Shown here: positions 49,075 through 64,000 of the stretch, piece by piece
Numbering within the stretch: position 1 is the first letter of the stretch
How the letters are laid out: the number at the start of each line of letters is the position of its first letter
From: Phoronis australis
Lineage: Eukaryota; Animalia; Phoronida
Direction: 5' to 3'
DNA length: 64,000 bases
Assembly (NCBI GenBank): GCA_002633005.1
Contig: NMRA01000269.1
Coordinates: forward strand, 511,098-575,097
Translations under genes and position numbers: made by a program
The notes under the pieces: model-generated
What the model was told of the DNA's origin: nothing
What the model saw: the letters and a program-made list of their open reading frames with translations, nothing else
Database searches by the model: none

Positions 49075-50923
49075 TTAAGGGAGGGATGTAATAGTCGTTT
49101 GCGGAGTAGTCGTGCAGCCAGGTAATTCATCTCTGAAAATGTGGCCTCTATGACATCGCGTACGCATACAGTTTTTTACACTGATCACCTCACCGTCAAT
49201 ATATCGACGCCCATTGAAGATACACGACCCCCCTGGAACGGATGTGGTTGTCGTTTGTGGAGTTGAAGTGCAACCAGGTATTTCATCTTTGAAAACGTGA
49301 CCTCGATGACACCATGTTCTTATACAGTTCCTTACAATGATCACTTCACCATCGTTATATCGACGACCATTGTAGATGCAAGATCCTTGAGGTTCGGATG
49401 TGGTAGTCATTTGTGGACTTGATGTGCAGTCAGCTACCTCATCCTTTAGAACGTGACCTCGGTGGCACCATGTTCGTATACAGTTTCGCACACTGATTAC
49501 CTCACCGTGCATATATCGATGCCCTTTGTAGACACAAGATCCATCAACAGGGGATGTGGTAGTCATTTGTGGAGATGATGTGCAGCCAGGTATTTCATTT
49601 TTTAAAACATGGCCTCGGTGGCACCATGTTCTTATACAATTTCGTACACTGATTACCTCACCGTCCATATATCGACGCCCTTTGTAGACACAAGACCCGT
49701 CAGTAGGGGATGTGGTAGTCATTTGTGGAGTTGTTGTGCAACCAGGTATGTTATCTTTTAAAACATGACCAAGGTGACACCATGTTCNCTCGGTGGCACC
49801 ATGTTCGGATACAGTTTCGTACACTGATTACCTCACCATCCATATATCGACTCCCATTGTACATACAAGATCCTTCAGTAGGTGAAGTGGTAGTCATTTG
49901 TGGAGTAGTTGTGCAACCAGGTATTTCATCTTTTAGAACATGGCCTCGGTGGCACCACGTTCGTATACAGTATTTTTCACTAATTACCTCCTGGTGCATA
50001 TATCGACGCCCATTGTACATACAAGATCCTTCAGGAGTTGATGTGGTTGTCATTTGTGGAGTAGTTGTGCAATCATGTATTTCATCTTTCAAAATATAAC
50101 CTCGATGGCACCATGTACGGATACAGTCTTGTACACTGATTACTTGCTGGTGCATATATCTACGCCCTTTGTAAACACAAGATCCGTCAGGAGGGGCTGT
50201 AGTAGTCATTTGTGGAGTTGTGCAGCCAGGTATTTTATCTTTTAAAACGTGACCTCGGTGGCACCATATACGGATACAGTTTTGTACTCTGATTACTTGC
50301 TGGTGCATATATCGACGCCCTTTGTAAACACAAGATCCGTCAGGAGGGGCTGTAGTAGTCATTTGTGGAGTTGGTCTGCAGTCAGCTATTTTATCTTTTA
50401 AAATGCGACCTCGATGACACCATGTTCGGATACAGTTTCGTACACTGATTTCCTCACCGTCCATATATCGACGACCTTTGTAGACACAAGACCCATCAAC
50501 AGGGGATGTGGTAGTCATTTGTGGAGTTGTGCAACCAGGTATGTTATCTTTTAAAACATAACCTCGATGGCACCATGTTCGGATACAGTTTTTTTCTCTT
50601 ATTACCTCCTGGTGCATATATCGACGCCCTTTGTAGATACAAGATCCGTCAGGAGAGGTTGTGGTTGTGCAGTCAGAAATTACCTTTGATACAATGTAAC
50701 CTCGTTGACAAAACGTTCGTATGCAATCAACTACATTCACCGTCTCTTGGTCTTTGTAGTACCTTCCCTGGTGAAAGCATGGACCACCGGAAAATGTGCC
50801 ACTGGTGGACGTATTTTCCGTAGGTGAGGAGTTGGTGTTCTTAGTGTCCATTGGCAGAACAAGTGCATCTTCTGGAACTACCGCAAGAAATATTAGGAGC
50901 AAAACCGTTTCACGTTCTAACAT
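49075..50923 (-). CDS. Secreted mucin-like protein with >=12 tandem ~52-aa 4-Cys (FnI/VWC-like) modules and Thr/Pro linkers; frame break at assembly N (49788)
   Basis: Hydrophobic N-terminus MLERETVLLLIFLAVVPEDA; repeat GSCxYxGRRYxxxEVIxVxNCIRTWCHRGHVLKDxIPGCTTTPQMTTTSP; two ORFs abut at a single N; stop at 49075; no TM segment. Confidence 0.88.
49078..50790 (-). repeat. Coding tandem repeat, ~153-156 bp unit
   Basis: Recurring gtagtcatttgtggag / ggcaccatgttc / atatatcgacgccc on the plus strand at ~155 bp spacing. Confidence 0.95.
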
Positions 50924-51347
50924 GTTCACCTGAATTCTCGGTACTGTCGCCGTCGTTCACGAAGCAATCAGTGATTAATCATTCAAATATACGTGGTAGG
51001 GCGTAACTTTTAATTTTTTTATTTCTAGATTACCAAGAGATAATATATTGCAAGCAGGATATTTAGTGGGATTGGTCTGCTGAAGCTCAGTAATACTTGA
51101 CATTCTACAGTTATTGATTTTCATAAAGCAAGGTGTGGTTGCTAATAACCACTTGAACATTTTGGTGGCGCAGTAAAAATTATTGTTGGGCATTGCTGTT
51201 CAGGACACAGTGCCTCGTTTTAGTAATTTTAGCGACACAAACGTGAAAGCGCTCGTGTTTCGAACGTGCAGAATCATTGTTGTGTGGACACAACACCTAG
51301 TTTTCAAGCATGATAACGAATTCACAAGCATAGAACTCTAAGCTCTG

Positions 51348-51702
51348 GGCCCGGTCTCCAATCTTTTTACTCGAAATGGAACTCGAAATTAGGTTTGGCA
51401 TTTCCTACTCAACTTTTTGGCGAACTCAAGATAAGTGTCTATTATTCTATGCTCAAGTACACAATAACATACGTAGATAATTTATTGCCCTTAGTTCACA
51501 GTTTGTAAACCCAAACTCGAGTTTGTAGCACGAACATAAGGGTCTTCAAGGGCAAACTTGAACTAGAAACTCCTATGCATAAACTATAATGTATTCGAGC
51601 ACAGTCTGATAATCAATTATCTTAAGTTGGCACAAAAGGAGCAAAGAAATTGCCAAAAATAGTTTCGAGTTCGTTTCGAGTACAAAGATTAGAGACCGGG
51701 CC
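51348..51702. mobile_element. PIF/Harbinger-like MITE
   Basis: ~40-bp TIR ggcccggtctccaatctttttactcgaaatggaactcgaaa; 3-bp CTG TSD. Confidence 0.8.
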
Positions 51703-53083
51703 CTGGAATACGGACTTCGCTGCTGACGTTGTTCTGCACATGCCAGGCATTTGTTTGCATTGGTTTCTTCCGGTGTTGGTTATTCCTGTGGAATTGACCG
51801 TCACTAAAATTTTGGCAACTCTTCAACAGAATTGCATGAGTCATATCATTAGAAAACTTCCATCAGTTGCTGATGGTGTATGATTACAGCAGAAACAAAC
51901 GATAAACAATTTTTAAATTAAAATTTATAAATAATTACATTTTCGCATGCCTCACAGGTTTGATGTTTTAATTCTAAAATCCAACTGTGCTACTAAAATG
52001 TGTACAATAAAAGGGTGTAATAGTAACATAAAAAGGAAATGAACCAGAGAGGTTATATAAATGACTAATTAAATCAGTAGGGAAATAGTTTTAATGGTTT
52101 TAAACATGTCTATTCCGTCTATCAAGTCAAGGATTTTAGAATATTGATCCCTCACAGCTGCTGTGAGGAATTTAGTCAGGGATTCATCCAAAATAATACT
52201 CCTTTATTCATTACTTGAACATTTGGTACCTTTTGATACAGTTCGTCTGTAAAAATTCATGGCGAAGATACGTTAACAAAAATGTCATAAAGTAATTTAC
52301 ACATGAAGGCTTTCAGACAGAGAAAAATGGGAAATCAGCTGTTGCGTAGGTTTGATATGTGCTGTCAATGGGTACATGTATGTCGCTACAGACTATAGTG
52401 TAGGACCTGAACGTCAACAAGTGACATTGGAACACATTTTTACGAGTGTTATGTTATTAAAAAAGTAGACTCAGTCTGGAAAATGACGATATTCATGACA
52501 AAGAGATAAAGAAACATCTGTTCCATAGTTGCCAATATTCGAGATTCAAAAGCGAGACTTACTGATAAAAAGCGGGGCATTTGGGTCTACGTCAAAAGGC
52601 AGTTCATGGGGTAAAATGTTCGCCACAACAGATTGCGTTTTTGACGAACAGGAAATGTTACACTCAAAAGCTCAAGGCGGCATTTTTGTTTTTCAAGCCG
52701 AGTGCGCAATTGCGGATGCCTCAAAAATCCCTGAAACCTCCCGTTTTTTGATCGAACGGGAAAATAGTGCGATGTTCCGTAGGAAATTATAATGGTAAGC
52801 CTAAATGATATGTTAGTGTCACCGTGTGTCAAAAAGTGGTAAATTTGATGGTGCGGCGGAATGGCAAGAAAACATTAAAAAAAAGTGAGATAGTCCGCCG
52901 AGAGCGGGACAATTGGCAAGTTCAATGAACGCTGTCAGCAACACAGACCATTGGATTGAATTTTCACAAGGTAAACTTCTCATTTTTAAATGAGGCTATT
53001 CGACTCGGTGTCGTTGCTGTAGTGGTGGTGGTTGAATTGCACAAGCGTCGCTGTCTGCATGTAAACAACTGGTAAAAAGACGA

Positions 53084-53284
53084 TTGTTATCAAAATGCGT
53101 CCTCGCGCTCAGCCTTAATATTGCTTTTTTTCCAGGGTGCAAATCTTCGACAGGTGGTCACAAATTCCCAAAAGACCTAAGGTTGCTACAGGCGTGGAGA
53201 ATTGCGGTCAAAAGGGTCCACCATGTGGCAAAAAATATATGGAAGCCGAAGCCTCACGCCCAGTGAGTGTGCTCTATGCATTTC
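53084..53284 (+). pseudogene. THAP zinc-finger relic, probably from a DNA transposon (P/Kolobok/Harbinger-associated)
   Basis: PGCKS...HKFPKD...QAWRIAVKR...WKP...*VCSMHF, with an in-frame TGA before the CxxHF motif. Confidence 0.7.
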
Positions 53285-55626
53285 CATTGAGAGACAGCAT
53301 AATCACGTTACTTAGTAAGTTTTTAGCAATTACGGTAAGTTTCTATCGACATCGCTCAGTGATGTTATCCCGGCTCACCAGATACCTTACTGAATAACGG
53401 CTTTATTCACTGGAACTAAGTGTTTCTCATCAGAAACTCACCCGGAACCCGGACTGTAGGCTAGCAGCACATATCCACATATTGTCCTGGGTGGGAGTGC
53501 TCCCAATATAAGAGGTGTATAGGACGTGCCGCTCAGAAGTCAATGTTGACTTTTTCACAGTAGTTACTTTACAAAACTATGCAATGTCCAATAAAATATT
53601 CTAAACGAGTGAATTTCTTTATTTTATAGCGGACCCCACCCCCATAATTATGAATGAGCTCTTCAGTAAATTCGTAACATTGCATTGGAATAAATATTGA
53701 CACCTAGAATGAATTTAAATTGTTGCGATCAAAAACACATTTTAGGTGTCATGAAAAATACACATTCTTAATTCACTTTTAGCCTGTTTCACTATATTTT
53801 AATTCCGTTCTTAAATAAGGCTTAGGTACAAAGATTATTAGTTTCTACATGTAAACACGAAGATGGAATGCCGCCTTACCGTCTATTTTACCTTTCGACA
53901 AAGTGAAAAGCAGTCCTTCAGCAATAACTTGAGGGAATTGAACCTCTCAATTCAGAAAGCCAGCCCTTGATATCACTGATTATGGACTATTTTCCATTGG
54001 GAAAATTACAATTGTTTTTAACAAATAACTTTTCCGTTGTATATATGTGGTTGCTCAGGTTGCTATTTTGTTTTTAAATAAGCTGATTATTGTTTATTCT
54101 CGAATCATGTACATAGCAGATTCTTATTCAGTTAGTTACGATTGAAAATATACTTTGCTTGCATCTGGAACTTTTGTGGGCTCGTTGGACAACAATTCAA
54201 GATCGGATGAGCGTGGTAATGTTTTTAAAGCCCAAAAGCGCTTCGGTTAAGAATTCAACATTGACATCTAAACAGGGAGAGCTGCGAATAAAATTAGTCA
54301 ATGACTGGAAAAATATGAATTTTTAAAAAACGATTTTAGGTTTAAGTTTAAAATCAATCAAAAGTAAACATGAATGTCAAGTTACTTCTGGAAGAGGGGA
54401 GAGGAGTGGACACTCATCCGTCTGTCTAGTCGAGAAAGCTCGCGTTTTTGGAAATGTCCTCACGCACGGCAGTCTAACGCTCGATTTTGTTACGACATGT
54501 TCTTCGACCGTTTTTCTCACGTGCATGTAAAGGCTCTGGTATAATCGTTTACTTGATATCATTCTCGAAACTAATTTAACATTTTCTGTAACAGTTCTAC
54601 TTTTCAGAAATGGATGTACACTTTTTGTCACCTGTTGATACTTTATGAGATTTTAAAAAAATACATTGACAGTGTTTAATACATCTAGATGAGCTAATCT
54701 CGTTGATTCGAAGCAAAAAATAACGGAATACGTGCTAACGCAGTAAGCATTTGAAAATAAATTTAAACAACAGTACCATCAACATTACGCCCCTGTTGGA
54801 CTTCTAAACCGATTGATCCCAAACTGATGTCAAAACGATAAAATTGAATCCAAAGAGAATTCCTTGACATTGAAAAATGGCACCTATCTTAGTGGCATGT
54901 CCCCACTAACCGATTGGGTCTTCAGGAGCCGATGTTTCTTTTTGTAATACGTGACATCGTGCGGCGAAGTTTTGTGTGATATTTAGTTTTCGCGAGATTA
55001 CGCCTACGGAACCAAACCAGTATTTTCAAAGTGCGAAACTTAGTATCGTATTGCGCGCGGTACGCTTTTGTTAGTAACGAAAGGGTTCCGTGCATTTGTG
55101 TAGGAATTTTAGAATTATTTAAAGGTGGTATGGACTTCTCAAAACCGGACGAAGATTTTCATTTTGATATGAAATTTACACTTGAAAGTCAAACTTTTAT
55201 AAAGCATTTAGAGGCCAGAGTCTAATCTTTTATTTCAAATCGTTTTCGAAACTATTATTTAGCATTTTCTGTTCTTATTCAGACTATTGAGTGTGAAAGT
55301 TTTGGGTGCGTAATTCTACTGTAAATCACTTATCAGTGAAGGTGGCGCCGCCTTTTAACACTTTAAGAACTTAAAAGTTACACAATCTTCGGCTTTAGCC
55401 CCTGGATTCCCAAAAAGGGGCTAAAAATCTCTTTAATGAAAGTTTCGAATCCAACCAGCTCATTAACGACTAATTATCCATTTATCTAAACTTTTAAATG
55501 CAACAAGAATTCTTTTTGCAAAAAATAGTCGTACCCACCTATAATCATATTTTATGTAGAAACACATATATTTATGTGGGTGTCCCCATTTTTGTCCTTG
55601 AAAAGCAAATTTTTACTAGATAAGGG

Positions 55627-56815
55627 AGGGAAAAAAGACGCTCAAAATTAATTTGTATGAATGAGAAAGTACATCAATTTTGGATAAAACGTTATTTGAA
55701 ATAAATAAAATCAATTTAAGATATGAAAATTTCTGGGTAATTAATTAACACACCTACTTATTAACGACCAATTTACGGTTTATATAAACATTCATGTGCA
55801 ACGAAGATTCTTTTTGCAAAAAATAATTTAGAAACCATATCCACAACTTCCAAACGTCCTGCGGAGAAGGTAAGGGCTGTTTATCTCCGTTTATCTCCGA
55901 GCACACTATTATAGTTTGCTGGGAAACTGTTTGTTTCTGGAATTAGTTTTAGTTAACAGGTTTGAAACGTTTCACGTGAGTTCAAAAATTGAACTTGCCA
56001 GTTTAGCTCTGCAAAATCGCTGGTCTACATCCCGGCGACTTGGATCTTGGCTAACATCTGCTTTTCGCCCGCTGAACAGCGTTTTCGTTGTGCGGCCGTG
56101 CAGCCGACCCGACAACCAACAACCCCGGTGAGCAGACAACGTACTTGTCGGAAGTGAGACCGGAGATTACACCATACGTAGTGAATAATGACGTTGCGGC
56201 TTGTGCGTACGATCACAGATGTCGTCCGCGATCCGTGTACTATAGTCTATGCCTTCACGACGCCTATTGTGAGGTAGTTTAAGCTGGAATGAGGCTCCGT
56301 CGGCGTCGGCTATTTTCATGAGAACCCAGCGACAAAACAGCTGATGAGGTCGACGCCTCGTGTGATATATTCGTTACGTATTTTTACTTGTAACCGGAAG
56401 TAGTTCTGACAATTTATACTTATATTTAACACCTCGATTTCAATGAACTTCGACTGGAAGCCTTTGGCAGGAATCGGCGATCGATGATAAAATCACAAAT
56501 CCAAGCTCAAAACTAATAACATCAACAAGTCAATCCAACAAAGGCGCACATATTTACAAAACCTTAATGCTCCACGCAAAGTTTACGGTTAAAGTAAAAA
56601 TAACGATAGCAACAGTAGAAAAATAATCAATTTACGCAAAAGAAAATTAATTTACGCCATTAAAAATTAATTTAGGCTATTCAAAATTAGTTCACACCGT
56701 TAATATACAATATACACCGTTCATAATTAATATAACTCATTAAGAATTGATTCACGTCCTTAACGATTATCTTTTCCCGTGTACATTTAATTTACGCCGT
56801 TAAGGATTAACGTAT
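55627..56815 (+). repeat. Dispersed repeat block B, copy 2, ending in degenerate 20-bp TTTACGCCGTTAAAAATTAA tandem units
   Basis: Colinear with 43270-44370. Confidence 0.9.
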
Positions 56816-59077
56816 TTACACGCGTAACTTTTCCCCATTTGGCCAACTGTAGTCTTGCGACGGAATGCAACCCTGGTGTTAACAATACAAACCAAGAATG
56901 CGAAGAGAGCAGGTCATGCGGATACGTTTTCTACAATAATATTAGGATGCCAACAAACACTAACAATGAAGGATTGAAATGGAAAACATAAACCGCACGT
57001 ATTTTCTGCTATTAACAGCTTCCATTAAAATTCTCGTTTAGCAGAAGTAGTACCCATTTTCCTTGACCAACTTAAGAGTGCAAGCGGTCTCAGGACGGTC
57101 TCAGAGGTCACAAGTCGTAAAATCATCATTATTTCTCTGAGACGCCGGGTTGCTGCCTGAAAATACATTATTAATGATATTAATGAATACGTAACCTTCA
57201 TGAAATAGGCTTACGGGAAAATAATTACCATCCCATGAATCTAATTTGCTGCTCAAAACGTCAAAATTCGAGACAACGCCTGTATTTAGCTAAGAGGCGT
57301 AAGAGGCCTGGGATTTGTTTCATGAAATGTGACATTAAAAGACTAAGTCAGAATTTTGTTTCTCCTCTCCCCACAACTATTTCAGAGATATTTCCTTATC
57401 TCACTTGAGCAATAATTTAAAGTATTTTAGAATGCAGACATAAGCTTACTGCTAGTTACTGAGAAAATTCCTATGAATTATTTAGGGATCTCACTAACCT
57501 GAGGGCAAAAGTGTCTGTACCTTCTAAAAGGGGAATTTTCGCTTCAGTTTTTACTTAAGAGGTAAATATTTGTGATGTTTATTTACTTCACTGCTTTTTA
57601 TGACAATATTCTTTTATGCTTTCACAAAAAAGCAAGTATCAACTGTTACATCCACCAATTACTCGTACAAGAGCAAGCGAAGACGACCTGTTGTCACATA
57701 ACTGATTCATCAGCCTTAAGCTACGCCTCTAGCGTCCACATGCGATGTATTTCCGTTGCCACACTGCTTGGCTTATGAAGACAACACCAAGATGATGGCT
57801 TGATGAGGGAATTAAATTTTGCGTGATTTTAAAATAAAGTTAAGAAGGGAATGGGGCGAATTCTGTGGAATCAAGGGTGCTGATTATTTCCAGACTGTGA
57901 TGCGCTTATAACAGCTGATTTTTGAAATAGCCGCTCCATACCGAAATTCACTATCCTGACCAGGTCTTTAGTGGACGGGAGCTCAGAGCCGCCTACATAT
58001 CCCATGAAAAGCGAGCGGACGGTTTTGACCTGCTGATATAACTTAACTGTATTTTAACACCTTTCTTGTGCCGAAAACTTTCCAGTGCTGTGCGCTGGGG
58101 TGGAAAATGCAAATCTCTTGAAATATCCATGGATGAAGGACATCATGTTTTCCTCTGCGAAGAAGGAACGGATGTTGCGAAGCCAGTCGCTGTGACTGAT
58201 AAACAGATATTTAGTGGGAGACCGCAGCCGATGTTAATAAGCTAAAATAATTTAGTGAGCTCAGCCTCATCATGATTGGGAGGGACTGGCAGAAGTATTT
58301 ATTCCTATGTTTTTAAATTATGAATCCGCTATGAACTAACTGAATTTCTGTCCACTGAATCTGAGTCGGGAACAACCGGAAGTCGCTTTTGCTCTCTCAT
58401 TAACTTAAAGAGCCCGACTTTCCTTGGCAAAACCTTTGTTCAGCAGCTTTGAAGCGGGAGTGTAAGACCGAATTTCTGTCTTTTAAAGTCACTTTTCGTG
58501 AAACCGTTCCCAGGGCTCGTTGTATCAAGCCATTTGCACCATCACTTAAAAGCAATTTGATGATGAAATCATTTGTGAGTAAGCAGCCTTGTTACATCGT
58601 TTCTACTATATATCCCCACTAGTCCAAACCCATCCCAAACTGCATGGTCCAGTCGAGTTGCCCAACTACGCAACTTTTCGTGCAGTTTTCCTCGAAAACA
58701 TTTAGTAACTAATTATTTAAACAGAGTTGAAGATCCTGCATATGCGTGTTCACACAGGGGAAAATAGCTACACTTGGACGCCGAGCATTAGAAATTCGAG
58801 CCGTTTCACTAAACCTTGCACTTCATCAATAGCTTTCCACAAGAAGACTGTTTAGCGCTGTTCTTTGGCCCTTTTGGTGTGGGGAAGGGCAATTATCGCA
58901 CTGATTGTGTTTTACGACAATAAAACACTAGCTAAAAATCCATCTTATGTGAAATAAAACGGGTGATTTTTTAACTGTTTGGTTCTGAATTTCAATTCGT
59001 TGCAAAAGTTAAGTAAGGATAATTGTTACAAGAAAAATACGATAAAGAGTAGCCAAAAGTGATGAGTCAGGTTCTCT

Positions 59078-59597
59078 GGTACCCGTTTTTTACAAAAAAC
59101 TTAGAAGATATCGGGACTTCGGCCAAGATCCGAGCACATCAGAGCAGAGGCCAAATTTCTGGACTTCGTTTACTAAAACAAACTTCAATGGACTGCTGAA
59201 TACAGTTTGTGGCAATCACATCTTGTTCACTCCACAGAATTGCCATCAAGATACACCCACCCCAATTTTTCCTATATAGGATCTTTGAAAATCCGAACCG
59301 CGTCTTGGCCTGGTTACCTTCATTACCTGAAAATAAAGATTGAGGAACGTAAATTATTTTAAGTTATTCATTGGAGACTGAATTGGATGACCACAGATAA
59401 TTAGACCCAGTGGTGTAGTCATAGCACAAAATAAGGGAGACACAGAACACATGGAACACAAAACATGTAAATATAGTTAGACAGTAATGTAGAGAAATTC
59501 TCCATTTCGCAGATTTGAAACGTAACGTTAAATTACTTAATTTGGACTCCAATAAAATGTGAACATAATTTTACTGAGGAGAAACGTCCCCTGTTGT
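59078..59597 (+). repeat. Dispersed repeat block C, copy 2
   Basis: Colinear with 44876-45458. Confidence 0.88.
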
Positions 59598-59609
59598 GGT
59601 TGCGAACAA

Positions 59610-61690
<2,081 letters not shown>

Positions 61691-63074
61691 GCCCTTGACC
61701 AAGGAGTGACTGACACATTACACGACACAATTTTATAACTCGTCTCAATCCACCTGATTCCGAGACAGGGCGCGTCTTTGGGGATACAAGTCCGCGTAAT
61801 GACCTCATCAGTAGGGCGCGTTCCGCAGACGCAAGATTGTCAACATACACTTGCGTTACAGTGAGTTATATCACACAATTTAACATTCGCACGTGACCAA
61901 CGAAAACCTTCAGTGGCCGCTAGGGTGCTACAGCAAGGTTCCGAGCGCTCGCCGCGCGAAACCGTGACTCGCCTCAGTTTCGTGGTACGGCAAGCGGCCC
62001 AGCAATAGATAAAATCTTCCATCATCAACTTCTCGAATAGCTCGGAAGGGCTCCATTTACAGCATGTGCGCACCCAACCTAAAAATTGAGGGGGGGGGGG
62101 GTGGAAATTTTGGAAATTTGGACCTTTTACTAAAAAAAGGGGTACATTTGGTGCTGTGAATTGTGCATTCGCCGAATTTTGATAGTTCCTGTCTTTTGGG
62201 TGAATTTTTGTCTCGTTTTCTCGCACTTTTTGTTTCTCTGAGGAGGACCTTTTTGCCCACTTCACCAAATGGGGGGAGGGCTCATTCGAGCCCCCCCGAA
62301 CCCCCTTGGGTGCACGCAAGTACAAATCACCACTCAGGCGGCACGCACTGGCGCAATGAATTCTTGAATAAGAGCTGCCATCACCATTTACTCGCTTTCC
62401 TGAGAAATACAGAAGAAATAGAAAGTATAACCCATTGTTTACTATGGCCGACGGCTACTGAGGCTTCTCTCCTCTAATTTGTTATTACATTGGCATGTTT
62501 TGACCTAATTGATGTAACGCCATAATCTTCTCGCTTTGTTTACACGACAAGGGGTTTATGATTTCTGCAGTGTGTATCTGGTCAATTCTTGAATTGTAAC
62601 CCTTATCGTCCAGACGGCTTAAGTAAAAAGTTGCATTCCGGTCAACACAGAAGTATCAAGGTCGTAAAATAATAATATCAAATTGCATAAGGCACAACAT
62701 GGAGTCGTCGGGGGAGAATCTGTGTTAAAATAGAGCCAAAACCCTGTACGATCAACTTGATTTCGATGTTAGTGTGAAAGTATGACATGAGGGTATCGCT
62801 GGTAAAATTGACCTTCAAGATTACTAGTATGTAATATGTCTCTTCTTGATCCTTAATTAGATCAGAAAATAATTTATAGGCTAGAGAAGAACTGACAGTT
62901 TGTTATTGGTTCTGGTCTGACCCATTAAGTCGCGTGTCACGGCGGGTTATTTTAAGTCACGAAGGCTGTATGACAATCAGGGGAATTCCAGTTGATTTAT
63001 TTCAATTTAATAATGAGAAATTCCAGTAAAAATTGTTGAAGGCGGTCTGGCACACGTACCCGACGTAATCCGGT

Positions 63075-63230
63075 GCACTGCACTGATCACCCATTTTTAT
63101 CCTATATTAATATTTAGATAAAACCGTTCTGATGAGCTAGAGTTCACTCAAGGATCTTGCAGTGTGCCTCAGTGGGATTCGAACCCGCGATCTTGAGTAA
63201 AGGAAGCGGACCTATCATACTAGGCCACAC
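63075..63230 (-). mobile_element. tRNA-derived SINE relic
   Basis: Minus strand TGGCCTAGTATGA (A box) ... GGTTCGAATCCC (B box), followed by a non-tRNA body; no complete cloverleaf. Confidence 0.6.
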
Positions 63231-64000
63231 TATACGCCGAGAACGCGAATAAGCCAGAGTGGAAAAGCTGCTTTTCTGGGGTTAAAACACGATAATCGTT
63301 CTCTGTTTACCCGTCATGCTAAGAAGTCGCGTGCGCCGTATTCGCTGGACAATAATGGAAACATGTTAAACGGGTTGATTAACTCTAACAACATGGATAC
63401 AAAATGTTCATGAGAACGGAAACCGATTTCCACTATGAAGACGAATAACGATATTACTGATATGAAGAACTGGGAAATGGACAGTTCCAACATGTCGATC
63501 AAGCTGTTGATTCCAGCCAATCAAGGCACGGAAAAATGTAAACACTATGATCGTCGTCGCTAGTTCCCTGCGTGTCCGGACACGCTGGTATCATTCAGTA
63601 GCACGCGTTTTATCACTAGTTGATGTAACCTCGGCTGTCATTGGTTAACTTTACCATAAAGGAAGAAAATGGCGGACTATGAATGGTTTTTAGCCTTGTC
63701 AGTGGCGTGACAGCAAATATTTCATGTCTGCAGTAATGCGGTTTAACACAACCGCATGCTTGAAGCACATACATGTATAGATGCACAGGCACACCTGGCC
63801 GATTTAACCGGAGTGTTATTCATACTGTGTAAAAACAGGACAGTAACGTAAACAAAAGTCAGCGACAGTACAAAAATGCACTACGAAAAGGCACAACCAA
63901 GATTTTCTGATTCATATTTCTTGAACACGAATCAGCACCGATTTGCCTGTATAACAGAGCACAAACTATATCCACATTTACACTTCCTCCATCAGCCATG

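Noticed and set aside
49078-50790. Repeat-spacer array or non-coding satellite
   Set aside because: Units are whole in-frame coding repeats with conserved cysteines
57600-58900. Coding-like stretch, possible transposase relic
   Set aside because: Stops in the frames I read and no motif I could identify
63160-63230. tRNA gene
   Set aside because: A/B boxes are present but there is no proper cloverleaf; a SINE head is more likely
63314-63520. Hydrophobic 68-aa ORF
   Set aside because: Non-ATG start, no homology recognised and no splice support

Overview
AT-rich animal genomic DNA with spliceosomal introns and dense, decayed transposon content. It is most likely a marine invertebrate such as a mollusc; that is an inference from repeat types and gene families. 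Four protein-coding genes are supported. (1) The 5' part of a multi-exon GLYR1/N-PAC/NP60 orthologue on the minus strand, reconstructed as 9 in-frame GT-AG exons (37497->17160: PWWP, linker, start of the Rossmann-fold dehydrogenase); its remaining exons were not found in the window. (2) A single-coding-exon LRR-Ig-TM receptor (9488-12097, +) apparently nested antisense in a >17 kb GLYR1 intron, with an 11/22-residue repeat cytoplasmic tail. (3) An intronless ankyrin-like/SOCS-box gene (40279-41604, +), divergent from GLYR1. (4) A secreted protein made of >=12 tandem 4-Cys (FnI/VWC-like) modules with Thr/Pro linkers (49075-50923, -), broken by an assembly N. The rest is MITEs (MULE-like with 9-bp TSD, Harbinger-like, a foldback with an internal 20-bp minisatellite), CR1/L2 and Tx1/L1 LINE relics, a THAP relic, a tRNA-SINE, tandem repeats and a colinear four-block duplication bracketing the Cys-repeat gene. 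No prokaryotic systems or CRISPR arrays were found.
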